DNA from: Mizuhopecten yessoensis
Taxonomy: Eukaryota
Assembly: GCF_002113885.1 (NCBI RefSeq)
Contig: NW_018407065.1
Span: 2,570,682 to 2,634,681 of the forward strand
Direction: 5' to 3'
Length of the DNA stretch: 64,000 nt
Below the pieces are notes generated by a model that searched no databases, was not told the DNA's origin, and was given only the letters and a program-made list of their open reading frames with translations. Position numbers and translations under genes: made by a program. Below are positions 28,601-40,600 of this stretch, piece after piece; position 1 is the stretch's first letter; each line of letters begins with the position of its first letter.

Positions 28601-29257
28601 TAGATTTGTCCCAATCTCAGCAAAAAGGAAGTTCTATATTTTTTTGCTGACAGAAGGTAGTATACAAGAAGAACCGATATGGCAATTCTAATTTACTAGT
28701 TTTAGATAAGTGCAAAAATTTCTCTTTTTCAAAATTAATCCCCCCCACACCCACCCTGCTGATGCTAGTTTGTCTATCATCTTTGTTGTTGATCTTTTGT
28801 CAAGTCGTCTGCAAATAATGGATGCGTACTGTACATGTTCTAGAAAACACATACAAGTACTTGCAACCAATGACAGACACATGTTAAAGAAATCTTCCTA
28901 CACACAATCAATAGAACCTTCTCCTGGTTACAGCTTTACAATAAAAAGATACTACAGTAGATGACTTAAAGGCACATATTATCCCCTATGCAACCCATGA
29001 AGCTTTCAAACACGCCTACATTAATCATTGTTTATAATAATCAAATCCCTGCAAAATGAATAGTTTTAATAGTCAGTATGCTATCGATACTTGTACATGC
29101 CACATCCTAAAAAGATCAAAAGTCAAAGTTCTCAAGAAAAAAATGTTCACAGCATACGAACTGGTTGACAGATATCCTGTACATAAGCTTACTCTATCGT
29201 TCTGAGCGACGAAATACCCAGCTTTGACGACATCACATTTATCGGCTGTTTACTCAT
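19673..29257 (-). CDS. ORC6: Origin recognition complex subunit 6, 7 coding exons, 268 aa
   Basis: Exons (-): 29257-29193, 24594-24456, 24189-24026, 23447-23358, 22405-22293, 20569-20489, 19827-19673. All GT-AG, phases consistent, total 807 nt. Motifs: SKLGI, IMCLDLAAS, IRLSGVNKKVY, IKDLAVQFGC, KLKTKVDRKK...FDRL and C-terminal DYKDWKKRILEKA. Confidence 0.95.
19990..20225 (-). mobile_element. tRNA-derived CORE-type SINE in ORC6 intron 6
   Basis: The reverse complement reads GGAGGCACGGTAGTCTAGTGG...GGTTCGAGTCAC, then the CORE-like TGTGTTATATCTTTGAACAAGATACTTTAC. Confidence 0.7.
20857..21660. repeat. Homogeneous 34-bp minisatellite (TCAATTCTAACCTTGCTATGAATCGTGTACAGTA), ~23 copies, ORC6 intron 5
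   Basis: Near-identical head-to-tail units with no spacers. Confidence 0.95.
22495..22653. mobile_element. ~160-bp fold-back (palindromic) MITE-like element in ORC6 intron 4
   Basis: AGAATACATCCCTGATGTGAGGTATGGACAAGG...ATAAAATATTGAGCA pairs with TGCTCAATATTTTAT...CCTTGTCCATACCTCACATCAGGGATGGATTCT. Confidence 0.7.
25480..26220 (-). mobile_element. Decayed non-LTR retrotransposon (CR1/L2-group) reverse-transcriptase fragment in ORC6 intron 1
   Basis: LFSLFIND...LLMYADDLVIFSES.QGLQ, then after a frameshift KTKIVVF...FPYLGV...ILFYASEIW. Confidence 0.85.
26630..28545 (+). mobile_element. tRNA-derived SINE (26630-27007) whose 3' tail resumes at 28526-28545 after the LTR insertion
   Basis: tRNA-like head, central domain and tail GTCCTTAAATGACC...TGTTGATAGGACGTTTAACAATAC | ATACTAAACCAAACCAAAC. 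Confidence 0.7.
27008..28525 (+). mobile_element. Solo LTR (1518 bp), probably Gypsy-type, in ORC6 intron 1
   Basis: Termini TGTAACG...CGTTACA, 4-bp TSD ATAC (27004-27007 and 28526-28529), internal AATAAA near 28286 and no coding domain. Strand is inferred only from the AATAAA. Confidence 0.8.
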
Positions 29258-29778
29258 GTTTGTTGTCGTTGAAATTTTGTCAACTTTCCCGCGGTGTTGT
29301 TTTATGTTGTAGCTCTGGCCCGCTGGAACGTTTGTGTCAGGCGATCACACACTGATAGTAGGGAAGCGTGCTGTTCAACAAGAAAGCAATTATAAATAGA
29401 GAAAAGGTTGACGGATATAAAATGGAAACAGCCTGACTTTCTTTGGCGTACATAAAAGAGAACATGCCCTTTTCTTGTACAAAAGTACAATAACACAATT
29501 TCATCTATTACATTATATAAATATCTTATATGTACGGATCATTGATGCTGAACTAAATATAATATTTTGACAATAAAAAATAATTATCATTCTAGAATGT
29601 GACACCGTGACATCATATACAAAATAGTAATGAATTACTCCTGATACAGACCATACCCTTTATAAAATGAAGCTAATTTTAGTTAGCATTGCATTAAATG
29701 ATATTTTTTAAAGCAATCGATTTTGTAATAATCCGGAACTTTTCATCGTCTCTATTCCATTATAGAGCAATTAGTTTC

Positions 29779-31554
29779 GGTGGTAGGTAAATCTTGTACG
29801 CCGCTCCCGCTCCCGTCCCAAACCCCGTCCCGGGAATATAGAGATATTTTAATATCTCATTAACGCGGATCGTTTATATTTTTTTATAAAATTATACAAT
29901 AATTTCAAACATTATTTTCTAAATGTGGCAGTTACAAAAATGTCTATTTATCATCTAATAATTTAGAGATCGACGATAATGTGTATTTCAAGGGGGTAAA
30001 ACTTGTACGCCGCAGTCAACCGTGAAACAAGAGGCCCAAGAGGGCCTGTATCGCTCACCTGAATATTTAAGCAGTCATAGCAAAATATTCTCATTAAATA
30101 TTATATTGCACTAAAAAAAATCCCTCGCAAAATTTGTTGGCTCCATCTGTTGAAACTACCAGCAAAATATTATTATAAGATTCTATGCTTTTTTATTCTT
30201 CTTCAGAAGTTGCCTGACATATTTTTCCCTGTGATCTTGTAAGTAGGTTAATGTCATTTTCCTTCTCAAATTGGATAGCTCTATTCCAAAAAGCTACCAG
30301 CCAAATCTTATGAATCCCATTCCTTTTAGTTCTCAAGGACAAATCCATTAAAATGTTGTTGACCTCTGTGACCTCTAAAGTAGGTTGAGGTCATTTTCAT
30401 TCCCAAACTTTGGTGAGCTCTATCCCAGGAAGTCACCAGCCAAATATTATAATTTTATGTCTTTTAATTCTTCAGAAGAAGTCATTTGAAGTGTTTGACA
30501 TATTTGAACGCTGTGACCTTGAAAGTAGGTCAAGGTCATTTTCATTCACAAACTTTGTTTGGCTCTTTCCCAGGAGGCCACCTGCCAAATATTAAGATTT
30601 TATAACTACCAGTTCTTCAGAAGAAGTCGTTTAAAGTGTTTGAGATATCTGCCTCATGTGACCTTAAAAGAAGGTCAAGGTCATTTTCATTCTCAAACTT
30701 TGTTCGGCTCTTTCCTAAGAAGCTACAAGCCAAATATAGAGATTCTATACCTTTCAGTTCTTCAGAAGAAGTCGTTTGAAGTTTTTGACATATTTGACCC
30801 CTGTGACCTTGAAAACAAGGTCATTTTCGTTCTCAAACTTTGTAGGGCTCCTACCAACGAAGCTTTCAGCCAAATATCATGACTCTAGGCCTGTCCGTTC
30901 TTCAGACGAAGTTGTTTAAAGGAAAAGTTGACGGACGAGGACGGACGGACGACGGACGCCGCACCATGACATCAGCTCACTTGCCCTTCGGACAGGTGAG
31001 CTAATAAAACTATCCCTAGAAAAATGTAAATCTGACAGATCTCTTACACATCTATTATGAAACCATCTGTTACAGCCAGAAATGAAAAAGAAATAATGAA
31101 ATAGTTGTATTAATTTTTTTAGCACGAGTCTTGACGGAGTGATGTCCCCTGAGCACGGGTACGGGAGTTAACAAAACTCCCGCGATCACAACAAAGTCAA
31201 AATTCCATGTGATATATGTCGTTTATTGCAACGAGGTATTTAGTTCTATATACCTGAACATAACATGTTTCTTTTCTCTTAATATCTAACTATACGTCAG
31301 TGATTTTCACGGTTGACAGCGGCGTACAAGTTTTACCCCCTTGAAATACACATTATCGTCATTTCTAAATTATTAGATAATAAAAAATAGAAAAAAATAA
31401 ATTCCACATTTAGAAAATAATGTTTGAAATTATTGTATAATTTTATAAAAAAAAATATAAACGATCGCGTTAATGAGATATTAAAATATCTATATATTCC
31501 TGGTACGGGTTTTGGGACGGGAGCGGGAGCGGCGTACAAGATTTACCTACCACC
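29779..31554. mobile_element. Non-autonomous Mutator-like (MULE) DNA transposon with ~250-bp TIRs
   Basis: TIRs 29779-30027 and 31305-31554 (GGTGGTAGGTAAATCTTGTACGCCGCTCCC...). 9-bp TSD ATTAGTTTC (29770-29778) and ATTAGTTTT (31555-31563). Confidence 0.8.
30026..31004 (-). mobile_element. Helentron-associated non-autonomous element (HINE / pearl-like) nested in the MULE
   Basis: Terminal hairpin AACAAGAGGCCCAAGAGGGCCT plus GCTCACCTG, internal degenerate tandem repeats, (GACG)n microsatellite and subterminal inverted repeat AGCTCAC...GTGAGCTAA. Confidence 0.75.
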
Positions 31555-31682
31555 ATTAGTTTTCTCCTTAGGTCACATGATACCAATATGGTGGGAGGTT
31601 GATGAGGAAGATCATTAAAAATTCGTGACAGACATTTTTCCGATATAACGCCGTTAGACATCGACATTGAGCGAACACAGTC

Positions 31683-34600
31683 ATGGTAATACTTCATCCA
31701 AATCTCGTTATGTTGATGTTCATTGTTGCAATCAATTCATTGAGTTATCTAAAGAGAAAATCACATTTTTAACGAGAATCGATGCATATTTTTTTTTGGG
31801 GGGGGGGGGGGGGGGGTCACACGGTAGGTTTGTGATAGGGTTGAGCAGCAAACTACACAAACGTTTATCAACTCGAAGTACCGTTCATTTTGTCCAAAAG
31901 CAGAACGTTGATCTCAATCAGGTGTATATTATCAATACCACGGACTTAGATAATCTAATTCCGTGTCAATACATAGATCTAGCACTTTTTAAATACCGTA
32001 TAATGGTCATAATTCCTTTTTTCAGCCTTCGACACCACAACTATCGCCCCAAGAGGAGCAAGAGAAATTGCTGGAGGAGGCAAATATCATAGTCAAGAAT
32101 CAATCTTTCCAGATGAAACGATGTTTGGTAAATATTAATACATACTGTTTGCTAGTCAAACCAGGTTTCCTGGAAATCATAAAGACAAATTATCCACAAT
32201 TGAGGCATTTAGACAGATAAATGTCTGTAATGGGACATTGCATACGTACTACTCTAACAGAATGTGCCATTCTCTGACAAGCTTTGGTTTGGATTAGTTG
32301 CAGTCTCCTAAATTACTAAACGTTCAGCTGATTCCTGTAGTGAAGAATTTAAACATGCATAGTACACTTTTTGGCTTTAACAAAAAATCAACATAACCAT
32401 CTCATATATCTTATTTATTTGAAGTATTAAAATATGGTAACTGAAAACCATGTGGTACAGATCGGCCGATTCTTGAAATACTTCTAATGTTTCTAGTGAA
32501 AATATTCCAGTAAAAAGTAGATACCAGGGTTTATAACCTAATAATTGATCACATATTCTTTAAATCAATTTTAAGCACATCTCAAATATTAATTTTTATT
32601 TGTTACAAATGATTGTTGTGATGTTATTCCCTGTGGCTATAACTTATGGGACCACTTGCTAACTGGAACAATTAAACAGAATTCTCTATCATGCTGTGTA
32701 GACAATGTACATGCTAATTTAATTGATGCTAGAGTGAAAATAAGTGTGGACTGTTAAAAACACATGAGTCGACCCTTACATTGTAATTAATGGACAACAG
32801 GGTAGAGTCATCACTTGTCATGCATGATCAGCAGTGTGATATGCAAAAGTTTTGTGTCAGAAAGAAATTTCCCTTTATAAGATAAGATAAGTTTATTTCC
32901 GGTTCAGGGCTTATACATAAGCCCTCTATACCAGACTCAAATAATACATACAAAGTATATTCATATTTTACCCAAGGTCTTTAAAATGATATAAGTTAAT
33001 TTCTACACCTATTGTTCATACATAACTGTACATTTCCTGTGCTTTTTTTAGGACAAAGGGAAGTTGATGGACGGTCTTAAGCATGCATCGACCATGCTTG
33101 GGGAGCTGAGGACATCCATGTTGTCCCCCAAAAGTTACTATGAGCTCTGTATCCTTACCACAGCTATCAATAACAAGATTCCATATATACTTTATATAGT
33201 TTATATAGTATATAGTTAATGAATGTCACCATTATATAACTAATCAAAAAATGAATGTCATCATTATATAACTAATCAATAGGGTTCTTGATAAGAAAAG
33301 TGATTAAATAATATACACAATTTGATGCATTTTCAATCATGCTGATATCATATCCACGATCCTTGACCTTCCACTTCAGATATGTCAATATCTGATGAAT
33401 TACGTCACCTGGAATTATATTTAGTCGATGAATTCCAAAAAGGACGCAAGGTTGCAGATTTATACGAACTGGTTCAATATGCAGGCAACATTGTCCCACG
33501 ATTGTAAGTGCCATGTCAAAAATGGGCATGAAATATTAGAGATTAAGTCAATTAACAGTAAACCTAAACATGTTTTTTACCTCACTGCTTGTATGTCTGA
33601 AACACAGTGAGAGAAAATATGCAATATTCACACATTTATATATATACATTTAACTTATGAAGTACAAGATCTACAGCATTTTTATAATAATTGTGTGTAA
33701 TTATAATTATGTAACCATTTTCATTTTTGTTAATTTGATAGTGTGTATATAAATATATGTACAATCAGGCCTACTTTTACCTCTGAAAAATTGAACAAAA
33801 CTTAAACATCTGACTATTGTAAGTTTCTGTGTCTTCTTGGAACATCTAATGTTTACCTATCTTCTACTGTGTTAATTGATTGATTGATTGGTTTTATGTC
33901 CCTACCGAACAGTTCGGTTATCCAGCAGACAAATCTACTGTGTGGTTGACCGTTGTGTATATATCATATCATATATATGCATACCGTTAATTGAAAATTA
34001 CTCAATTTGCCTTTGTTTATACCCATGAATGATCACATAGAAATTATATTCAAAACACAGGGTGCAAATAGCTTCTGTAAAAATAATATTGCTATGCCAT
34101 TATGGTTTATGAAAGGCTAAATTAAGTAGAGTAAATTTGATACATTACACATATATCCCATTTTGTATTAAACCTGTGTGTAAGTAGTGCTGGTGTTTTG
34201 TGTAGGTACCTACTGATAACAGTCGGTGTGGTGTACATAAAATCTAACGAGCTATCACGGAAGGACATCCTCAAGGATCTTGTGGAAATGTGTCGGGGAG
34301 TCCAGCACCCCTTGCGGGGCCTCTTCCTCAGGAACTACCTTCTGCAATGTACCAAGAATGTACTTCCTGATACAGAAGAGGACACTTCAAGGTAGGCACC
34401 GAGGTTAAAACTGATGATCAATTTATAACTGGTTCATACTTAAGTAAGTTAAATATCAAACCATGTTTGGAGATTTAGAAATACAATTTGTATGATGAAC
34501 CAACATTTTTAATGCAATGGGAAGGCAAAGATTTATTGAAAATATTTATCTGCACCTGAATAAGAATTACTGGTATTTTAAGCTTTGGATCTTTATTGTT

Positions 34601-37600
34601 GTAATTTTAAAATATGGCTTTTATAGAAATTGAATTTTCAAGATACTAGTATGACAAATTACATTTCTGCATTGTAGTGGAGACTATGAGGCCGGAACTG
34701 TACTTGACTCTATAGACTTTGTCCTGTTGAACTTTTCCGAAATGAACAAATTGTGGGTGCGTATGCAGCATCAGGGCCACTCACGGGATCGTGTGAAGCG
34801 TGAACAGGAGCGGCGGGAATTGAGGATCCTGGTCGGCACAAATCTTGTCCGTCTAAGTCAGCTGGAGTGCATTGATATGGACAAGTATAAAAAGGTGAAA
34901 CTTCATACTTTGTCAGACCATAAGTAGGAGAAGATTGGAAGAGCATGTTTTGTATAAAAGTTGATATGTAGGCATGATAGTGAGCTTAACGGTAATTAGA
35001 TAAAAGTAGACATGCATTGCTTCAGAGTTGTTCGGACAATACTGTTATAATTAGATACCAATACAGAAGAGGGCTCATATAGTATAAGTTATCTACTTCT
35101 TTTCATGAGTGATTGTTTCATTAGCAAGTTTGAATCTTACATAATTTTTATTCCATTAGGGAAGAAAATCTAGAGACAACATTCACAAAATAAGGTATGC
35201 TAAGAAATAAAATGATTTTTACAGCAAATTGGGGTCAAGTTCAGTTATGCGGTCATTCTGCAGGGACAAAATAGTGGTTTGGGTAAATGAAACTTTGGAT
35301 AAACAGCTATTGAATAGGAAGCAATCTTTTGTACAAAATAGACTTGTTATTTTCAGATAGAGTATAATTGATACTGCAGTTTAACATTTCAGTTGGTTAT
35401 AAAGTGAAATGTAAAGGGATGAAAACTCCCTATTTGGTTTTACTTTGGCCTCATTGGGTATACGTAAGATTTGTTATTCTCAACGCATCAATATGCTTGA
35501 GTGCCGGAATGTGCAAATCTCGTCCATGAATGTCTGAAGGTTTATTTTCATAAACATTCCTTGTTATGTTCCAGTTGGTACTACCAGGGATTTTAGAACA
35601 GACAGTCAGCTGTAGAGATCCCATCGCTCAGGAGTACCTGATGGAGTGTATCATACAGGTAAGTCATTATTACTGTACTTAATCAAGTGTGTCGTTCAGG
35701 TGAGTACAGGTAAATCCTAAGCTTTCTTTCTTATATTTTACATGACAAGTTCCCCATGGTCCCTAGTTACGCATATCAAATTTTGGAACAGAAGGAGAAA
35801 CCAGAATGTCCGACAGACGACCATCTTGAATTTGATAATGAAAGTTTGTTAGCATTATTAGCTCACCTGGTCCGAAGGTGAGCATCGGACCAAGGTGAGC
35901 TTATGCCATACCGTGGCGTCCATACATCAACAATTTCTTCTTCTTAACCACTGATTGGAATTTAACTAAATTTGACTGGAAGCATCCCTAGGTGATGGGT
36001 ATTAAAAATTGTACAAATGGTGGGGCTGACCCCCAAGGGGCTGAGGGGATGTGCCAAAAAGGGTTATTTGGCTTTATTGCTTTAAGCAACTTCTTCTCTG
36101 GAACCAAGAGATTGTTATCAACCATAAGTAGTTGGAATGCAGAATTTTACAAATGGTAGGGCTGATCCCCCAGGAGGCTGAGGGGCGGGGCCAAAAGCGG
36201 GCAATTTGGCTATTTTGCTATAAACGACTTCTCATGTAGAACTATGCACTGAATATTGATCGGTTTTGGTCGGAAGAATTCATGGGAGGTAGAGATTCAA
36301 ATTTGTACAAATGGTTGGGCTGACCCCCCAGGGGGCTGAGGTTGGGGTCAAAATGAGATCCTGACCCCATAACCATACATAAAATTGCTGGGCATTAAAA
36401 ATCTAATACAGATATACTACAAGAATTGGCCGTGGTCTGGCCCATTCCCTTGGTCTCATTATAGGAGAATATTTTGCAATGATCGCTTAGATATCAAGGT
36501 GAGTGATACAGGCCCTCTTGTTTCTCAGAATGTTCCGTAGGGTCTTTCTCAAATTTCACATGAAGGTTCCCCATGGTTCCTAATTCCACATTTCGGATTT
36601 TGGGGATGATTGGAAAGCCAAGATGGCTAGCAGGTGGTCGTATTGAATTTGGGAGTAAAAGTTTTTTTAGCCCTATTGCTCAAAAGGTATTGGAGGGATC
36701 TTTCTCAAATTGACTTTTGGGGTTGATCAAAAGAGTGATTAAGATGACAGACAGGTAAACTGATCAAACAGATAAGAGAAAAGAAGAGAAAAGATCGAAC
36801 TGACATAGAACTATTATGAAGATGGTACGATGGTTGGCGCCAAGATTCCCTTGTTTATACGGTAAGCATTATATACCTATAGGAAAAATACATTTTCACA
36901 ATTATTTGACACTTGATTACAATTTAGCTGCAAATATAGTTATGTTGTTGACTTAAAGGTTTTGATTACAAAGTACCATCAGTCTGCATACATGTATGTG
37001 TGGAGTTTGAATGGATATTTTATGTTTTGAAAATTCCTTCAATAGAAAATACTGAGCAAATATCATTATGGTATTTGTTTCAGGTGTTTCCCGACGACTT
37101 CCACCTACAGACACTAACTTCATTCCTCAGAGCGTGTGCTGAACTCCATGAGAGTGTCAATGTAAAGAACATCATCATTGCTCTGATTGACAGGTGAGCA
37201 GTATTTCCACAATCTGCACTGTACTACAATTTTAAGATTAAGCACCAATTTCCATTGTTAGCTGACCGTTTCTGGTATCAGTATTGGCATTGCCATGTTA
37301 AAGTTTGTTGTACATGTAAGTGTTGATATTCATTTGTATAGTTTCCAGTATTTGTACCAGGATGCTGATATTTGGTCCGAAAGTTAATGGTGCAACTTTG
37401 AAAACAAGAGGGGGGCAATTAATTTCAGACCTGTTTGGACCATTTTTCGAATCTTCTTTATACACATATGTACATGTACTTAAGTTTCCCAGTATCTCAG
37501 GTTCTATTTTGTTGTTAATTCCAATAACATGGTAAGACATCTATGTCAACATCATTATCACCTAAAAGTGGCATGTGAGATACACTGCAATAAAGTATAA

Positions 37601-40600
37601 CTTAAGCCAACAATAATAACAACAACATGAAAAAACATTATTTTCCGTGATATTTCTTGTTTCTGAAAAAAATGTAATGGTTGTGATCGTCTCAGTATTG
37701 CATAAAATGTAGGTATTTTGACCATGGTTGCAGCTATTGAAATGTAAAGACATAATTGAAAGGTTATAACGCAGACATTAGTTGTAAAACTGTAATGTTG
37801 ACATTATATATAATGTAGACATTGTGCATTTTTTTTCTGCAAAAAGGTTGGCCCAGTTTTCCCAGAATGAGGAGGGACATGGTATTCCTGCTGACATCCA
37901 ACTTTTTGATATCTTCTCACAGCAGGTCTCACAAGTCATACAGGTAAATATCGTGTAAAAGGTTGTACATGTAAATATTGTGTCAAAGGTCGTACAGGTA
38001 AATATTGTGTTAAAGGTCGTACAGGTAAATATTGTGTTAAAAGTCACCCAAGTAAATATTGTATCACAGTTAAGAGTAGGAGTCAATCGCAGCAAGCTCA
38101 GTATAAGTTGAATCTTATTTATTGGGTATGTCTACCGGTTTCGCCCGAACAGTGGGCTTCTTCAGGACAATTTAATAACAAATTATGTCCCCTGAAGTAC
38201 TAAAATTCTGGGCACATTTATATTGTGTATAGTGACGTAATACAGGTAACGTCACGTGATATTATCTATTTATAACATTCTAGAAAGTTCCATCGCGATT
38301 ATTATTAGTAAATGAGCATTCTAGTCTATAGTCTCAGTTCCTGAAATACTATTAATGTACATACAATTCACTGACTATTTTTAAATATAAATATATATGT
38401 CTAAGTGTGTATACATATAGTTAGACATAAGTACAAGTATCTTTATCCCTAATTATTATTAACCTAAATTATAATGTTCACGTTCATCCTGACAAACAGT
38501 GGATGTGGATAGTGACTTATATCCCAAAGTCTTGTAGTCTACAATTGCGTGGTCTCCTTCTGATGTGTTAGGTGTAGATGCCGTGTCTTCACTCTCTGAT
38601 AATTCTAGATCAGCCTTGAGCAACTCTAGAGTTTCATCTAGTACCGGCCTGAATTGTTTGCAAGGTGGTCCTATTGTGCTCATCCCGTGTCCTGGTTTGA
38701 TTCTAAATTTCACCTGATCTAACTGTTTCTTAGTCAGCGCCTCAAATGGGCGTTTGTTATCCGGTTTGGTTGCCTGTTCTTTAGTGCGGTCTTCAAACAT
38801 CTCCGGTTCCACGTGGTACCCCGGGTGTTTGTCCTTGAGGTGTTTCTTATAAGTTTCCTCCCTCCCATATGTTCGTTTGCAGAGTTTGCATTTATACCAG
38901 GTTTGTATGAGACCATGTGCTATATCCGCATGTCTCCGTAGATTCCTAAGATTAGTGTAAGTCTTCCCGCATCTGATGCACGGTAGACTCAGTTTTCTGC
39001 CCGTAGTATTAGGTTTGCGGCAGGTTGTCTGTTTCGTGTTGGCCATCAAGCTATAATGTTAAGACCTTCTGGTTGAGTTGTACGTAGCATACAAATCCAA
39101 CTCTCTTCTGTTCTGAGACGACGGTTAGTATCCGTGACGTCTTTAACAATACCCGTAACTATGACGTTATGTATGTTATGATCGGGAGACGTAAAATGTC
39201 CCGAGTTTGAGCAACTCTAGAGTTGCTCAAGGCTGATCTAGAATTATCAGAGAGTGAAGACACGGCATCTACACCTAACACATCAGAAGGAGACCATGCA
39301 ATCGTAGACTACAAGACTTTGGGATATAAGTCAATATCCACATCCACTGTTTGTCAGGATGAACGTGAACATAATAATTTAGGTTAATAATATTTAGGGA
39401 TAAAAGATACTTGTACTTATGTCTAACTATATGTATACACACTTAGACATATATATTTATATTTAAAAATAGTCAGTGAATTGTATGTACATTAATAGTA
39501 TTTCAGGAACTGAGACTATATACTAGAATGCTCATTTACTAATAATAACCGCGATGGAACTTTCTAGAACGTTATAAATAGATAATATCACGTGACGTTA
39601 CCTGTATTACGTCACTATACACAATATAAATGTGCCCAGAATTTTAGTACTTCAGGGGACATATTTTGTTATTAAATCGTCCTGAAGAAGCCCACTGTTT
39701 GGGCGAAACCGGTAGACATAGCCAATAAATAAGATTCAACTTATCCTGAGCTTGTTGCGATTGACTCCTACTCTTATTTTCCCTATTCTTCAATCGCCCT
39801 GCATACTGGTTGGTATCCAGGCAAGGGATAACGGAACCCACCGAACCTGAACTACAATAACGGCATTGGCTCTACTCCTGGATTGATGTTGTATCACAGT
39901 TTATACAGATAAATATGTGTCAAAGGTCGTACAGGTAAATATGTGTCAAAGGTCGTACAGGTAAATGTGTGTCAAAGGTCATACAGGTAAATATCGTGTC
40001 AAAAGCCACTCAAGTAAATATTGTATCACAGGCTATACAGATAAATATGTGTCAAAGGTTGTACAGGTAAATATTGTGTCAAAGGTCACCCAAGTAAATA
40101 TTGTATCACAGGTTATACAGATAAATGTGTGCCAAAGGTCGTACAGGTAAATATCGTGTCAAAAGTCATACAGGTAAATATTGTGTCAAAAGTCACACAA
40201 GTAAATATTGTATCACAGGTTATACAGATAAATATGTGTCAAAGGTTGTACAGGTAAATATCGTGTCAAAAGTCATACAGGTAAATATTGTGTCAAAAGT
40301 CACACACTATTCTATCCCCCCTTTTTTTTTTTAGATAAATATGTGTCAAAAGGTTGTACAGGTAAATATCGTGTCAAAAGTCACACAAGTAAATATGTGT
40401 TAAAGGTCGTACAGGTAAATATGTGTCAAAGGTCGTACAGGTAAATATCGTGTCAAAAGTCACCCAAGTAAATATTGTATCACAGGTTATACAGATAAAT
40501 ATGTGTCAAAGGTTGTACAGGTAAATATCGTGTCAAAAGTCACACAAGTAAATATGTGTTAAAGGTCGTACAGGTAAATATGTGTCAAAGGTCATACAGG

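Larger units (their letters stand above)
29258..31682. promoter_or_regulatory. Bidirectional (head-to-head) ORC6/VPS35 promoter and 5'UTR region
   Basis: Divergent ATGs at 29257 (-) and 31683 (+). Confidence 0.75.
38072..39888. mobile_element. Penelope-like, hammerhead-bearing non-autonomous retroelement with inverted terminal arms and a C2H2 zinc-finger ORF
   Basis: TSD TTGTATCACAGTT (38059-38071 and 39889-39901), inverted arms 38071-38633 and 39213-39776, hammerhead plus AATAAA in each arm, and a ~110-nt tail beyond the right arm. Confidence 0.75.

Noticed and set aside
31667-32092. 141-aa ORF at the start of VPS35
   Set aside because: It spans intron 1 and overlaps exon 2 in the wrong frame; the spliced ATG|CCT frame gives the conserved VPS35 N-terminus.
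38072-39888. Reading the inverted-arm element as a cut-and-paste DNA transposon with TIRs
   Set aside because: The arms are not symmetric at the termini (~110-nt extra tail on the right), they include part of the ORF, and they carry hammerhead plus poly(A) signals. This fits a PLE-type inversion better.
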